DNA of 64,000 nucleotides from Kofleriaceae bacterium (GTDB lineage: Bacteria > Myxococcota_A > Polyangia > Haliangiales > Haliangiaceae), in contig CBDCCZ010000017.1 in assembly GCA_965215005.1 (NCBI GenBank), forward strand, positions 1-64,000, given 5' to 3'. Below the pieces are notes generated by a model. That model worked only from the letters and a program-made list of their open reading frames with translations. It searched no databases and was not told the origin of the DNA. Made by a program: the position numbers and the translations under genes. This document shows, piece by piece, positions 47,903 through 57,957 of the stretch (the first letter of the stretch is position 1; each line of letters starts with the position of its first letter).

Positions 47903-49207
47903 ATGCGAGTCATGCACGCTAGCCGTCACGTCGCGCTATTGCTCATTGCTCTTGGCGCACCAAATCTCGGATGCGGCTCGAGCGAGCAGCAACCGCAAGC
48001 ACCTGCTCCTACGCCACCGACCGCACCCCCGGCGACCTCGATGGCAAGCCCGCCAACGGCTCCTGCGACGCCACCCGAGGCGCTTCCGCCTAGCGCTGGA
48101 GCCGCGCAGACTCGCGCGTTTCGCCCCGATCGAGTGGAGCCGACCGCAGAACACATCGCTTCGTTGCGCGTGCCGCAGGGCTTCAACGTCGGCGTTTACG
48201 CCACGGAGCTAAAGGATCCGCGGATGATGGCGCTAGCGCCCGATGGCTCGGTATGGGTGACCGAGCGTGCCGCCGGTCGAGTCACCGCACTGGTCGACCA
48301 AGATGGCGATGGCGTCGCTGAAGCGCGACGGACGGTGGTTGATGGAGTGCCGGACGTCCACGGCATCGCTATTCGCGGCGATACGGTCTACCTCGCGCAA
48401 ATCAAAACCTTGCAGGTCGGGCGCATCGTCGGCGGGAAGGTCAAAAATCTCCGCCCGCTCGTCACCGATCTGCCCGATGGAGGGCAGCACCCGAACCGCA
48501 CAGTCGGCGTTGGCCCTACCGGAGAGCTGCTGGTCTCAATCGGCTCTAGCTGCAACGCCTGCACCGAGACCAACCCCGAGCACGCGACGATCCTGTCAGT
48601 AAACAAGAACGGCAAGAGCCGCGTCACCTTCGCGAGCGGCTTGCGCAACACCATCGGCTTCGACTGGCATCCGAGCACCGGCCAGCTCTGGGGCATGGAC
48701 CACGGCATCGATCACCGCGGCGACGACACGCCGCCGGAGGAGCTCAATCGACTCGAGGAGGGCAAGCACTACGGCTGGCCATTCGTTTATGGCAAGAACA
48801 TCTACGATGAGTTCGCTGGCAAGCCACCCAAGAGCAGCAAAGAAGAGTTCTTAGCGAAGGCCACGCCGGCAGTTCTCACTTATCAAGCGCATAGCGCTCC
48901 CATCGCGATGGTCTTCTATGATGGCAAGCAGTTTCCCTCGTCGATGCAGGGAGATGCCTTTGTTGCCATGCACGGCTCCTGGAATCGAGTTCCAGCAACC
49001 GGTTACGAGGTGGTGCGTGTGAAGTTCGACGAAGGTGAGCCAACTGCCATTGAGCCATTCGTGACTGGCTTTCTGCTGCCGGATGGCCGCACGCATTTCG
49101 GCCGCCCAGCGGGGCTCGTGGTCGCTCGAGATGGCGCCTTGCTCGTCGGCGACGATGCCAACGGACGCATCTACCGGATCGCTGCGGAGCCAGTCGCTTC
49201 ACGATGA
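47903..49207 (+). CDS. PQQ-dependent glucose/sorbosone dehydrogenase-family lipoprotein
   Basis: Lipobox-like NLG-C; IGSSCNAC, SGLRNTIG, HYGWP, AHSAP, HGSWNR. Confidence 0.88.
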   Translation: MRVMHASRHVALLLIALGAPNLGCGSSEQQPQAPAPTPPTAPPATSMASPPTAPATPPEALPPSAGAAQTRAFRPDRVEPTAEHIASLRVPQGFNVGVYATELKDPRMMALAPDGSVWVTERAAGRVTALVDQDGDGVAEARRTVVDGVPDVHGIAIRGDTVYLAQIKTLQVGRIVGGKVKNLRPLVTDLPDGGQHPNRTVGVGPTGELLVSIGSSCNACTETNPEHATILSVNKNGKSRVTFASGLRNTIGFDWHPSTGQLWGMDHGIDHRGDDTPPEELNRLEEGKHYGWPFVYGKNIYDEFAGKPPKSSKEEFLAKATPAVLTYQAHSAPIAMVFYDGKQFPSSMQGDAFVAMHGSWNRVPATGYEVVRVKFDEGEPTAIEPFVTGFLLPDGRTHFGRPAGLVVARDGALLVGDDANGRIYRIAAEPVASR

Positions 49208-51309
49208 AGGGCACACTGCTCTCTGGCATGCTGCTGACAGCGATGTCTCTGCCAGCGATGTCTCTGCCAGCGTATGCGCAACTGGGTGAAGCCGCTGCGC
49301 CCGTGAATCCCCCAGCCAAGGACGCAGCGCCGCAGGAGCTGCCGGAGGCGGAAGCAGAAAATCCCTACGAGACCGTCGTCGTCGGCTCGCGGGTCGAGCT
49401 CCCGCCGCCCCAGCTGCCGCTGGCAATCACCACCATCACGACCAACCCATTGCGCCGCGGACGGCCCGGCCTCAGCCTCGCCGAATCCCTCGTCGGCCTC
49501 CCCGGCGTGAGCGCCCGCAATCGCACCAACTTCGCGCAAGACGTGCGGCTCTCGGTCCGTGGCTTCGGCGCCCGTTCCGCTTTCGGAGTGCGCGGGGTGA
49601 CCGTGCTCTACGACGGCATTCCGCTGACCATGCCCGATGGTCAAGCGCAACTCGATATCGTCGACCCGGACCTGGTCGAGCGCGTCGAGGTGCTCGGCGG
49701 CCCCGCCGGCGCGCTCTACGGCAACGCCGCCGGTGGCGTCATCGCTCTCGAGTCGGTCCGCGGCAGCGACCTCGCGGGCGCCGATGCCGCGATGCGTATC
49801 GGCGGTTATGGCTTTCGCAAAGTATTGGCTCGAGCGGGCGATACGGTGGGCCAAGGCGAGTGGCTCGTTGCCGTCAGTCGTCTGTCCTTCGATGGCTATC
49901 GCGCTCGCAGTGAAGTTCGTCAGACCAACGCTCACGGCTCCTTTCGGTGGCAGCTGCCGAGCGCGGAGCTGCGGGTGGTCGGCAGTTACGTCGATGCGCC
50001 GGTGGCCGAAGACAGCGGCGGGCTCACCGCGGAGGAGCTTGCCCAAGATCCTCGCCAGGCGGCACCAAACAACCTGCGCTTTCGCACCGGCGAGGCCATC
50101 ACGCAGTCTCAACTCGGGGCGCTGCTGCAGCTCCACCCGAGCGACAGCGATCGGCTCGAGCTGCGCCTTTGGCACGTCGGCCGGAGCTACGCCGGCTCGA
50201 TTCCGTTTCGCGTCATCGATCTCGATCGCAACGCGATTGGCGGCGGCGCCAGCTATCGATCCTCGCGGCGCATCGCGGGCATTGCAACGCACGTTTCGGC
50301 GGCGCTCGAAGCGCAGTGGCTGGCCGATCGCCGGCTCGGGATGGATAGCGAAGATGGCGTCCCCGTCGGTCCTGCGCAAGTGCGCCAGGACGAGCGAGCT
50401 CGCGCCCTCGGCGGCTATGTTCAGGTGCACGCGCAGCCGCTGCCGTGGCTTGGAATCCTCGCCGGGGCCCGTTACGACACCATCGAGCTAGAGCTCGAGG
50501 ACAAGCAACTGGACGACGGCGATCAGTCAGGGGTCGTGCCCTATGACGCGTTCACCAGCATGGGCGGCGCGATCGTGCAGCTTTCGCCCGTGCTGGCGCT
50601 CTACGGCAATATCGCCGAGTCATTCGAGACGCCCACCATCAGCGAGCTGAGTCTCCGGCCCGACGGCACTGCCGGGCTCGATGACACCCTGGAGCCGCAG
50701 CGGGCGCGGAGCTATGAAGTCGGAGCGCGTGGGAATAGCAACGGTAGCAGCGCTGCCGTGGCGCTGTTCTATCTCCAACTGCGCGACGAGCTCGTGCCCT
50801 TCGAGGACGACACGGCTCGTACGTTCTATCGCAACGCAGGGCGCTCGCATCGCCTCGGGGCCGAAGCATCATTCCAGCTCGACCTACCCCGAGAGGTCGC
50901 GGTGCGCTTTGCCTACACCATGTTGCGCGCCGAATTCGATGAGTATCAGCAGGGAGCAATGAGCTTGGCAGGCAATCGCGTGCCGGGGGTGCCGCCGCAC
51001 CAGCTCGGCGTGGTTGCCCGATGGGGCGCCGATGTGGGCGCGTTCGCCGCTGTCGACGCCGAGTACTTACACGACATCTGGGCCGACGATAGCAACACCG
51101 CGCGCAGCGACGCAGCGACCCTGATGGACGTGAGAGCCGGATACGCTGGCGAGCTAGAGTGGTTGCGCTATCGCGCGTTCGGCGGGGTGAGCAACGTCCT
51201 CGACGCCGAGACAATCGACAATCTCCGTGTCAACGCGGTTGCAGGCCGCTACTTCGAGCCGGGACTGCCGCGGACGTTTTATGTCGGCGCAGCGCTCGGT
51301 TGGAAGTGA
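49204..51309 (+). CDS. TonB-dependent receptor, YncD/PqqU-like
   Basis: RNRTNFAQDVRLSVRGFGARSAFGVRG...DGIPLTMPDGQ plug; C-terminal GRYFEPGLPR. Confidence 0.85.
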   Translation: MKGTLLSGMLLTAMSLPAMSLPAYAQLGEAAAPVNPPAKDAAPQELPEAEAENPYETVVVGSRVELPPPQLPLAITTITTNPLRRGRPGLSLAESLVGLPGVSARNRTNFAQDVRLSVRGFGARSAFGVRGVTVLYDGIPLTMPDGQAQLDIVDPDLVERVEVLGGPAGALYGNAAGGVIALESVRGSDLAGADAAMRIGGYGFRKVLARAGDTVGQGEWLVAVSRLSFDGYRARSEVRQTNAHGSFRWQLPSAELRVVGSYVDAPVAEDSGGLTAEELAQDPRQAAPNNLRFRTGEAITQSQLGALLQLHPSDSDRLELRLWHVGRSYAGSIPFRVIDLDRNAIGGGASYRSSRRIAGIATHVSAALEAQWLADRRLGMDSEDGVPVGPAQVRQDERARALGGYVQVHAQPLPWLGILAGARYDTIELELEDKQLDDGDQSGVVPYDAFTSMGGAIVQLSPVLALYGNIAESFETPTISELSLRPDGTAGLDDTLEPQRARSYEVGARGNSNGSSAAVALFYLQLRDELVPFEDDTARTFYRNAGRSHRLGAEASFQLDLPREVAVRFAYTMLRAEFDEYQQGAMSLAGNRVPGVPPHQLGVVARWGADVGAFAAVDAEYLHDIWADDSNTARSDAATLMDVRAGYAGELEWLRYRAFGGVSNVLDAETIDNLRVNAVAGRYFEPGLPRTFYVGAALGWK

Positions 51310-51440
51310 TCGCAAGCTAGGCAGCGCGAGTCGCCGCAGGTGGAGCGCGATGGATTGCTCGCTCGCCCTCGAGCAATGCAGACGCGTTGAGTAGCAGCCG
51401 CGCGCGGGCTATTCTGGCGCCGTTACGACACCGAGGGAGG

Positions 51441-54400
51441 ATGACGAAGGGCACCGAAGAGGAGGAGGAGAGCTCGCGGCTGTGGGGGGCGGACGGTCGA
51501 TTCGCTCTGCTCGGCCCGCTGGGGGCCGGCGGCATGGGCGTGGTCTACGAGATTTATGACCGCTCTCGCGACATGCGACTCGCCGTCAAGAAGCTCCGAC
51601 GTCCGACGCCGCGGGGGCTACTGCGGTTCAAAGACGAGTTCCGCGCGCTGCGCGACGTGCGCCATCCAAACCTCGTCGTGCTCGGTGATCTCATCGAAGA
51701 TCGCGGCAACTGGTACTTCACCATGGAGGTCGTCGATGGCGTCGACTTCATGACCTTCGTGCGCCCGCCTACGCAGGCGAGGGAGGAGGGCATGGCCTGG
51801 CCGGAGCTCACCGCGACGGTGACGCGTCACGTGCCCATGGCTCGCGGTGATGCCGAGACCTTGGCAGAGCCCGAGCTCACCAAAGCAACCATCGACGAAA
51901 GCAGCGATGGCCGGTCTGCTCCAACCTCGCTCACCAACGACGGTGAGCTCGATGAGCAACGGCTGCGCCACGCGCTGGCGCAGCTGGCACTTGGTGTGGC
52001 GGCGCTCCATTCGGCCGGTAAAGTCCATCGCGACCTCAAGCCTTCCAACATTTTAGTCGAGAGGAGCGGCCGCCTGGTGATCCTCGACTTCGGGGTAGCG
52101 GCCAGCATGGAACGCAGCGAAGGGCGTGACCAGCGTGTCGGAACCATCGCCTACATGGCTCCAGAACAAGCCGGCGGCTACGCTCTCAGCCCTGCTGCTG
52201 ACTGGTACGCGGTCGGAATTCTGATCTATCGCGCGATTACTGGCCGGCTGCCGTTTTCGGGCGCGCCCGATGGGGTTCTCGCAGCCAAACGCCGCCGACT
52301 CCCACCGTCACCGCGCGACGTTCATCCGACCCTGCCGGCGAGTCTCGATGACCTTGCCGAGCTATCGATGGCGCTCCTGGCACCGGAGCCCGTGCATCGT
52401 CCGGCTGCGGCCGAAATTCTGGCTCGCCTCGATGCCAAGAGCGACACGCCGAGCTCGCAGGCCGATGGCTCGATATTCATCGGCCGCGACGAAGAGCTGG
52501 CGCGGCTGCATCGAGCCCTCGCCTCCAGCCAACGCGGCTCGCTCGAATGCGTCGTGGTCGAGGGTGAGTCCGGGGTGGGTAAGAGCACGACGGTCGCGGC
52601 GTTTGCTGCATCGGTCATCGCGAGGGCTGAGCGCGCGCGGCAACCGCCGCCGCTCATCCTGCGCGGTCGGTGTCACGAACGCGAAGCGGTACCGTACAAG
52701 GCATTCGATGGCGTCATCGACGATCTCGCTCGTCATCTCGCCGAACGCGACCAGGAGCTGCCTCTGGACGGAGCGCAGCTAGCAGCGCTCCTGCGCACCT
52801 TCCCCGCCCTGGGTATCGCCTTCGCCAGCAGCACCGTGCAGCCGCTGGCCAATGATCGCAGCAGCATTCGATCGCTGGCGTTTTCCGCTCTCATCGAGCT
52901 CTTGCGACGAGTCGCCGCCAGCGTTCCAACGCTGGTGATGATCGACGACTTGCAATGGGCCGATCTCGATAGCCTCGCGCTGCTGCGCGAGCTCCTAGAC
53001 GCCAGCCCGCCGCCGGCGTTGTTACTCTTGGTGACCGCGCGGCGCACCCCGGAAGCGGCGATTGCACTGGCTCATCTCCATCGCTCCGTCGAGCGCATCT
53101 CGTTGCAGGGCTTACCGGGAGCTGACGCGGTGCTTCTGGCGCGTGCACTGCGCGGACCACGACCGCCAATTGCCGAAGCGATCCTGCGCCAGCTCGTCAC
53201 CGAAGCCGATGGCCATCCCATGTTCTTGGCCGAGCTTGTCCGTCAAATCGAGCTCGAAGCGCCGGTGAGATTGACGCTCGACGAGGCGCTGCGCGCCCGC
53301 GTGGCCCGATTAACCGATGCTCAGCAGCGGCTGATGGCGTACGTGGCCGTGGCCGGCGCGCCGGTTCCGCACCGCGCCATCGCCTTCGCGGCCGCCGTAC
53401 ATCCGGAGGAATATGCGCGGGAAATCGATATCCTTCGAAGCGATCATCTCGTGCGCATTCGAGGCGCTGGCCAAGACGATCTGATCGAGCCATATCACGA
53501 CCGACTTCGCGAAGCGCTCTATGATGGCCTCGATGCCGCTGAGCGGCAGCGCATGCACGCGATGCTCGGCGAGTCGCTCGAGGCTGCCGGATGTAGCTCG
53601 GAGCTTCTCGTCGATCACTTCGCACGCGGCGGCGAGCTCGGTCGCGCCGCTACCCATGCGATTGCCGCAGGCGCCATCGCCCACAAGCAAAACGCCTTTG
53701 AGCGGGCTGCTGACTTCTATCGCATGGCACTGCGCTCAGAAACGCTGGCGACGTCGGACATCATCGTCGTAACCACGTCACTCGGCGAGTCGCTGCAGAA
53801 CGCCGGCCGAGGCCGTGAAGCAGCCGAGGCGTTTGCCGCGGCTGCACGACTGATCGTGGACGATGACGCCCGCCGCCTCGACCTCGAGCGCCGCTCCGCC
53901 GAGCAGCTGCTGATGGGCGGCTACGTAGTCGCCGGGAAAGCCGCCGCAGCGCGGGTGCTCGCCGGGATCAATCTGCCACTGCTACCGCCGACCACGACAA
54001 CCCTGCTGCGCCTACTCACGCAGCTGGCGCGTTTTCGCCTCGGCAAGCTGCGCTGGCACCCGCGGGCGGCCTCGGAGTGTCCGCCAGAAAAGCTTCGGCG
54101 CGTGGATACCTTCTGGACTCTCGGCGCCGGCCTGTGCCTTGTGGACACCGTCTGCGGCATGTACTACGCCGCGCGAGGACTTCGCGAAGCACTTCCCGCG
54201 GGCGAACCGTTTCGGCTTGCCCGCGCCAGCACGACCGTGTCGGTCGTAGCCTCCGCGCTCGATCAGGGGCCGCTCGCACGGCGGTTGAAGGCGCTTTCGG
54301 CCGATGCCGCCAAAGCGGATGGAACATCCATCGTTTCCTTCTATCCCGAAGTCGCCACGGTGGTGTACGAGTTCTTGCACGAGCAGGCTTGGGAAAGGGC

Positions 54401-55253
54401 GAGGACGCAGGCAGAGAGCGCGTTGAACTGTTGGAAGCGCGCGGGGATGGGGCGCGGATTCGAGTCTGATTTCGCAACTCAGTTTCTTACGTGGAGCCTG
54501 GCGATGCAAGGCAACATCACCCGCGAGCGCAACACGGTTGCACCCTTGGTGCGCGACGCTGCTCGCGCCGGCAATCGTTTCCTCGAGGTCGGGCTGCGCG
54601 TCTTCCACCATCAACCCGAGCTAGCCGCCGACCGTCCCGGCGAAGCTCGTCGCAACGTTCGTGACGCGATCGACGAGTGGCTCGATGAGCCAGGTTTTCA
54701 GCTCCCACATTGCTGGGCGGCATTCTCGCTGCGCAGCGTCGCCCTCTACGAGGGCCGGCTCGTCGATGACGAAGCAGACGCGGCGCTTTGGCAAACGCTT
54801 CGCAGCTCGGTCCTGCTCCAGATCGGCTACGTGCGTGCGCGAGCGCAGTGCGTCACCGCTCGCTTGCTCATCGCGCGCGCCCTCGAGCAGCAAAGCGCTG
54901 GCAACCCCAGTGAAGCGCGAGCACTGCTCGGACGCGCTCGGCGACTCGGCAAGCGACTGATGCGCTACCACGGCCCCGTGAGCAAGCTATGGGCGCAGAT
55001 GGTGATGGCTGGGTGTCGCGCTGCCGCCGGTGACGAAGAAGGCGCTGCCGACATCCTGGCACCGTTGATCGATTCCTTCGATGCTGCGGGGTGCGAGCTG
55101 CACGCGGCGTGCACCCGGTATCGGCTGGGGCACCTATGGGGCGGGGAGCGCGGCGGAGAGCTCATCGCCGCCGCCTCGAGCTGGCTGGCGCGCCAAGGTG
55201 TGGTTGCGCCAACGCGGCTCGTGGCGACGATTGCGCCGGGCTGGCGCGACTAG
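51441..55253 (+). CDS. Ser/Thr kinase + AAA/STAND-type ATPase + helical repeats
   Basis: LGAGGMGVVY, HRDLKPSN, DFG, APE; Walker A GESGVGKST; Walker B IDDLQWAD. Confidence 0.92.
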   Translation: MTKGTEEEEESSRLWGADGRFALLGPLGAGGMGVVYEIYDRSRDMRLAVKKLRRPTPRGLLRFKDEFRALRDVRHPNLVVLGDLIEDRGNWYFTMEVVDGVDFMTFVRPPTQAREEGMAWPELTATVTRHVPMARGDAETLAEPELTKATIDESSDGRSAPTSLTNDGELDEQRLRHALAQLALGVAALHSAGKVHRDLKPSNILVERSGRLVILDFGVAASMERSEGRDQRVGTIAYMAPEQAGGYALSPAADWYAVGILIYRAITGRLPFSGAPDGVLAAKRRRLPPSPRDVHPTLPASLDDLAELSMALLAPEPVHRPAAAEILARLDAKSDTPSSQADGSIFIGRDEELARLHRALASSQRGSLECVVVEGESGVGKSTTVAAFAASVIARAERARQPPPLILRGRCHEREAVPYKAFDGVIDDLARHLAERDQELPLDGAQLAALLRTFPALGIAFASSTVQPLANDRSSIRSLAFSALIELLRRVAASVPTLVMIDDLQWADLDSLALLRELLDASPPPALLLLVTARRTPEAAIALAHLHRSVERISLQGLPGADAVLLARALRGPRPPIAEAILRQLVTEADGHPMFLAELVRQIELEAPVRLTLDEALRARVARLTDAQQRLMAYVAVAGAPVPHRAIAFAAAVHPEEYAREIDILRSDHLVRIRGAGQDDLIEPYHDRLREALYDGLDAAERQRMHAMLGESLEAAGCSSELLVDHFARGGELGRAATHAIAAGAIAHKQNAFERAADFYRMALRSETLATSDIIVVTTSLGESLQNAGRGREAAEAFAAAARLIVDDDARRLDLERRSAEQLLMGGYVVAGKAAAARVLAGINLPLLPPTTTTLLRLLTQLARFRLGKLRWHPRAASECPPEKLRRVDTFWTLGAGLCLVDTVCGMYYAARGLREALPAGEPFRLARASTTVSVVASALDQGPLARRLKALSADAAKADGTSIVSFYPEVATVVYEFLHEQAWERARTQAESALNCWKRAGMGRGFESDFATQFLTWSLAMQGNITRERNTVAPLVRDAARAGNRFLEVGLRVFHHQPELAADRPGEARRNVRDAIDEWLDEPGFQLPHCWAAFSLRSVALYEGRLVDDEADAALWQTLRSSVLLQIGYVRARAQCVTARLLIARALEQQSAGNPSEARALLGRARRLGKRLMRYHGPVSKLWAQMVMAGCRAAAGDEEGAADILAPLIDSFDAAGCELHAACTRYRLGHLWGGERGGELIAAASSWLARQGVVAPTRLVATIAPGWRD

Positions 55254-55277
55254 CACGCCATAAAACCACGAGCGGGC

Positions 55278-57671
55278 TCAACGCGGGGCAGCGACAGCAA
55301 TCCCCTCATCTCGCAGGTTCTGCACAAACGTGGCTCCGACGCTCGAGCCGCGCTTGTAGAACACCGCCGGCTCACCGATCGGCGCCTTGACCGTCACACG
55401 CTTGCCGCGGCTTGCGTCGCCATAGACCTTGCCGCTCCACAGATGCACCCACTGGCCCGCCGGCAGATACACCTCTTTATTGTAAGGGCACCACCAGGGC
55501 GTCCAACACTTGTTCTTGATCGGCGCGACTAAGATCTCGCTACCGAGCAAGAACTGATCATCTACCGCCATCGCCTGCGGGTCGTTTGGATAGTGGAGCC
55601 AGAGATGCCGCACGACCGGCCATCCGCGCTCCTGGGCCTCCTGAAACAACAACCGGCGATAGAACCCAAGCGCGCGGTACACGCGCGTGAAGCGGGCGAA
55701 ATGATCCATCCGCTGCTGATCCGAGTACACCTGCGCATTCACGCCCGGCTGATTGCCCTCGTGAGTCCGCAGCATCGACGTGAAGGCATTCATTTCGGTC
55801 CAGCGGGCTAGCAGCTCGCCTTCGCGCTCATAGCCAAACATGCCATTCAGACTTAGTGAGGTGTAGCCGCCGGTGTCGGAGTGATTGAGCGCAATGCCAG
55901 AGAAACCGCCGTTTAGCAGACCATGCAGCGCGCTCACCAGCCCGTCGTACTTGTCCCACGTCGTGAGCTGGTCACCTTCCCAGAGCAACATGCTGTAGGC
56001 CGGCGACCGAGCGGCACCGGCTCGGTTGAAAATAAGGACATCTCCGAGCGCTCCGGCTTCCTCGATCGCCTCGCGATTCAAACGTGCCCACTCGACCGGG
56101 TACTGATTGTGGTACGTCGCCGCGTCCACGCCAGAGGCGAGCTGGGCATCGAACGGTAGCGCCTCGGCGAAGTCGGCCATCCACCCGCTACAGCCCGCTT
56201 CGGAAATCATTTCATCGACCAAGACTGCCTTCATCCACTCGCGCGCGGCTTCGTTGGTGAAATCGATCAAGCCAACATCGAAGGCAGTCACCGCTAAGCG
56301 ATACGGCTCGCCCTCGGCGTTCTTGACGAGGTAATCGCCGGCGACAGCCTCTTGAAAGAGATTGCGCCGCACCGGTCCCGCATCATCAGGTACGTCCACG
56401 AGCATGGAGTTGACGTAGCAGAGCGTGCGGATGCCCTGCGCTTGCAGCCGGCTCACCCAGCCCTTCCAGTCGGGGTGGAAGTTGGGGTTCTGCACCCAGT
56501 TCCAAAGAACCTGCTCGCCAATATGAGTGTAAGCCTTGCCCGACCAGGTTTGATTCCAGACCGCGGCAATCGCTGCGCCGCGGCTGCGCAGCTGAGCAAC
56601 TAGCTCCTCGCCCTCATCGAGGTCGCGCGCCAACGCGATCACCGCGCCGTCGTGCACCCACTCGGGCAGCGGAGGCATGCGACCCGCCCACTCCGTGAAG
56701 CGCTCGATGAGCTCCATGGGGCTGTTACCAGCGAGGATACGGCCGTGCATCACCGGCGCCTGGAGACGAATCTCGGTGACGTCGTCGGCGCGAAAATCGA
56801 AGACGGCGTACTCGGTGTCCTCGAGGAACAAAGACCGCAAGTGGCTCGTCAAGTAGTGAGGCGCCGCGTAATAGGTGGTGCGCTCGTCGCCCGAAGAGCC
56901 CGGCGAGACGAGATTGATCGCCTGACTGATGGGCGTGTGGCCGCGGCCAACGCCGCCCTCTTGCGAGAGAATCGGAATTTCGCTTCCCTTCAAGTCGAGC
57001 GAGTCGTGGGGAAACTGCTCGCCGAGGCCGAGAATTCGCTCGTCAGCCTCCGAGGCGGCACGCAGCGTCACCCGATTGTAACGGTCATCGCTCGACGAGA
57101 CGCGAAACGCCAGGTGGCCAGAGCCTGCCTGGCACAGCTCGACGCGCCAGGTCACCGCAGCACAACCGGCTTCGTCGAAGCTACCGGCCAATATCAGCGC
57201 CTTGCCATCGGAGCGAACCTCGCCCAGTCGCGCCGCCTGGCACTGCGACTCCACCGTCTCGTCAACCGTGAACGACCCCTGCCCTTCCTCGACCTCGAAA
57301 TCGACGTGGGCGAGACTTACCAGCGCGCGGTCGGCCGGCGAAGCAAATAGCGAGCGATTGGGTGCGCGCGGATGCGTGACGTCGAGGCCGCCGTTGTCGT
57401 CGATGGTGACCACGAAGTCACCCACCCCAAAGGTTCCCTGCGCAGCTACCTGCGCCACAGCAGTAGGATCGGCAGCGAAGCACGTGGTGCCAAACAGGCT
57501 GCCGCCGGGGTCGGGCGAATCGTCGACGGGGGGCACCTCAGCGCGGTCGCCGATTCCGGCGCCGTCGCCGAGCTCGTCTGCGGGCTGAGAGCAACCGCTC
57601 ACGGAGACGCAGACCAGGCCGAGCCCAAGAAGGATGCGTGGCGGCAGCGGCGCCAGACGGTGAGTTCCCAT
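55278..57671 (-). CDS. GH31 glycosidase lipoprotein, YihQ-like
   Basis: Lipobox VSG-C; GLGEQF, WMADFAE nucleophile motif, WEGDQ, HSDTGGY, LRTHEGN. Confidence 0.9.
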   Translation of the reverse strand: MGTHRLAPLPPRILLGLGLVCVSVSGCSQPADELGDGAGIGDRAEVPPVDDSPDPGGSLFGTTCFAADPTAVAQVAAQGTFGVGDFVVTIDDNGGLDVTHPRAPNRSLFASPADRALVSLAHVDFEVEEGQGSFTVDETVESQCQAARLGEVRSDGKALILAGSFDEAGCAAVTWRVELCQAGSGHLAFRVSSSDDRYNRVTLRAASEADERILGLGEQFPHDSLDLKGSEIPILSQEGGVGRGHTPISQAINLVSPGSSGDERTTYYAAPHYLTSHLRSLFLEDTEYAVFDFRADDVTEIRLQAPVMHGRILAGNSPMELIERFTEWAGRMPPLPEWVHDGAVIALARDLDEGEELVAQLRSRGAAIAAVWNQTWSGKAYTHIGEQVLWNWVQNPNFHPDWKGWVSRLQAQGIRTLCYVNSMLVDVPDDAGPVRRNLFQEAVAGDYLVKNAEGEPYRLAVTAFDVGLIDFTNEAAREWMKAVLVDEMISEAGCSGWMADFAEALPFDAQLASGVDAATYHNQYPVEWARLNREAIEEAGALGDVLIFNRAGAARSPAYSMLLWEGDQLTTWDKYDGLVSALHGLLNGGFSGIALNHSDTGGYTSLSLNGMFGYEREGELLARWTEMNAFTSMLRTHEGNQPGVNAQVYSDQQRMDHFARFTRVYRALGFYRRLLFQEAQERGWPVVRHLWLHYPNDPQAMAVDDQFLLGSEILVAPIKNKCWTPWWCPYNKEVYLPAGQWVHLWSGKVYGDASRGKRVTVKAPIGEPAVFYKRGSSVGATFVQNLRDEGIAVAAPR

Positions 57672-57832
57672 GAGCGACTCCTCGGAAAGGGTTCCGCCGT
57701 GGCAGAAAACCTACCAACGACGCCATGACCCTACATGGGCGGCTGGGTAATTTCGGTAATGGTGAACAGGGTACACCCCCAAGACCATCTTTCGTTCGAA
57801 AGAATGCCTTTCCTGAGCATGCTCATCAATTG

Positions 57833-57946
57833 AAAAAGACCCGCTGCACGAAGCAGCGGGTCTTTACGAGAAAGAAAAAGGCCCGCAGCACGAAGCAGCG
57901 GGCCTTTGCGAGGAAGGAGAGCTCCGCAGCGAAGACTGCGGAGCTC
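57833..57946 (-). terminator. Three tandem hairpins (stacked terminators) after the repeat lipoprotein
   Basis: Stems at 57835-57865, 57877-57907 and 57919-57946; the first two are near-identical with T-tracts on the minus strand. Confidence 0.75.
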
Positions 57947-57957
57947 GTGCGAGGGGA

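Noticed and set aside
49238..49272. 15-bp duplication (MSLPA twice) in the receptor signal peptide
   Set aside because: In-frame slippage with no evident consequence
41246..57700. Genomic island integrated at tRNA-Gly
   Set aside because: Gene content looks accessory, but no integrase, transposase or duplicated tRNA 3' end was seen
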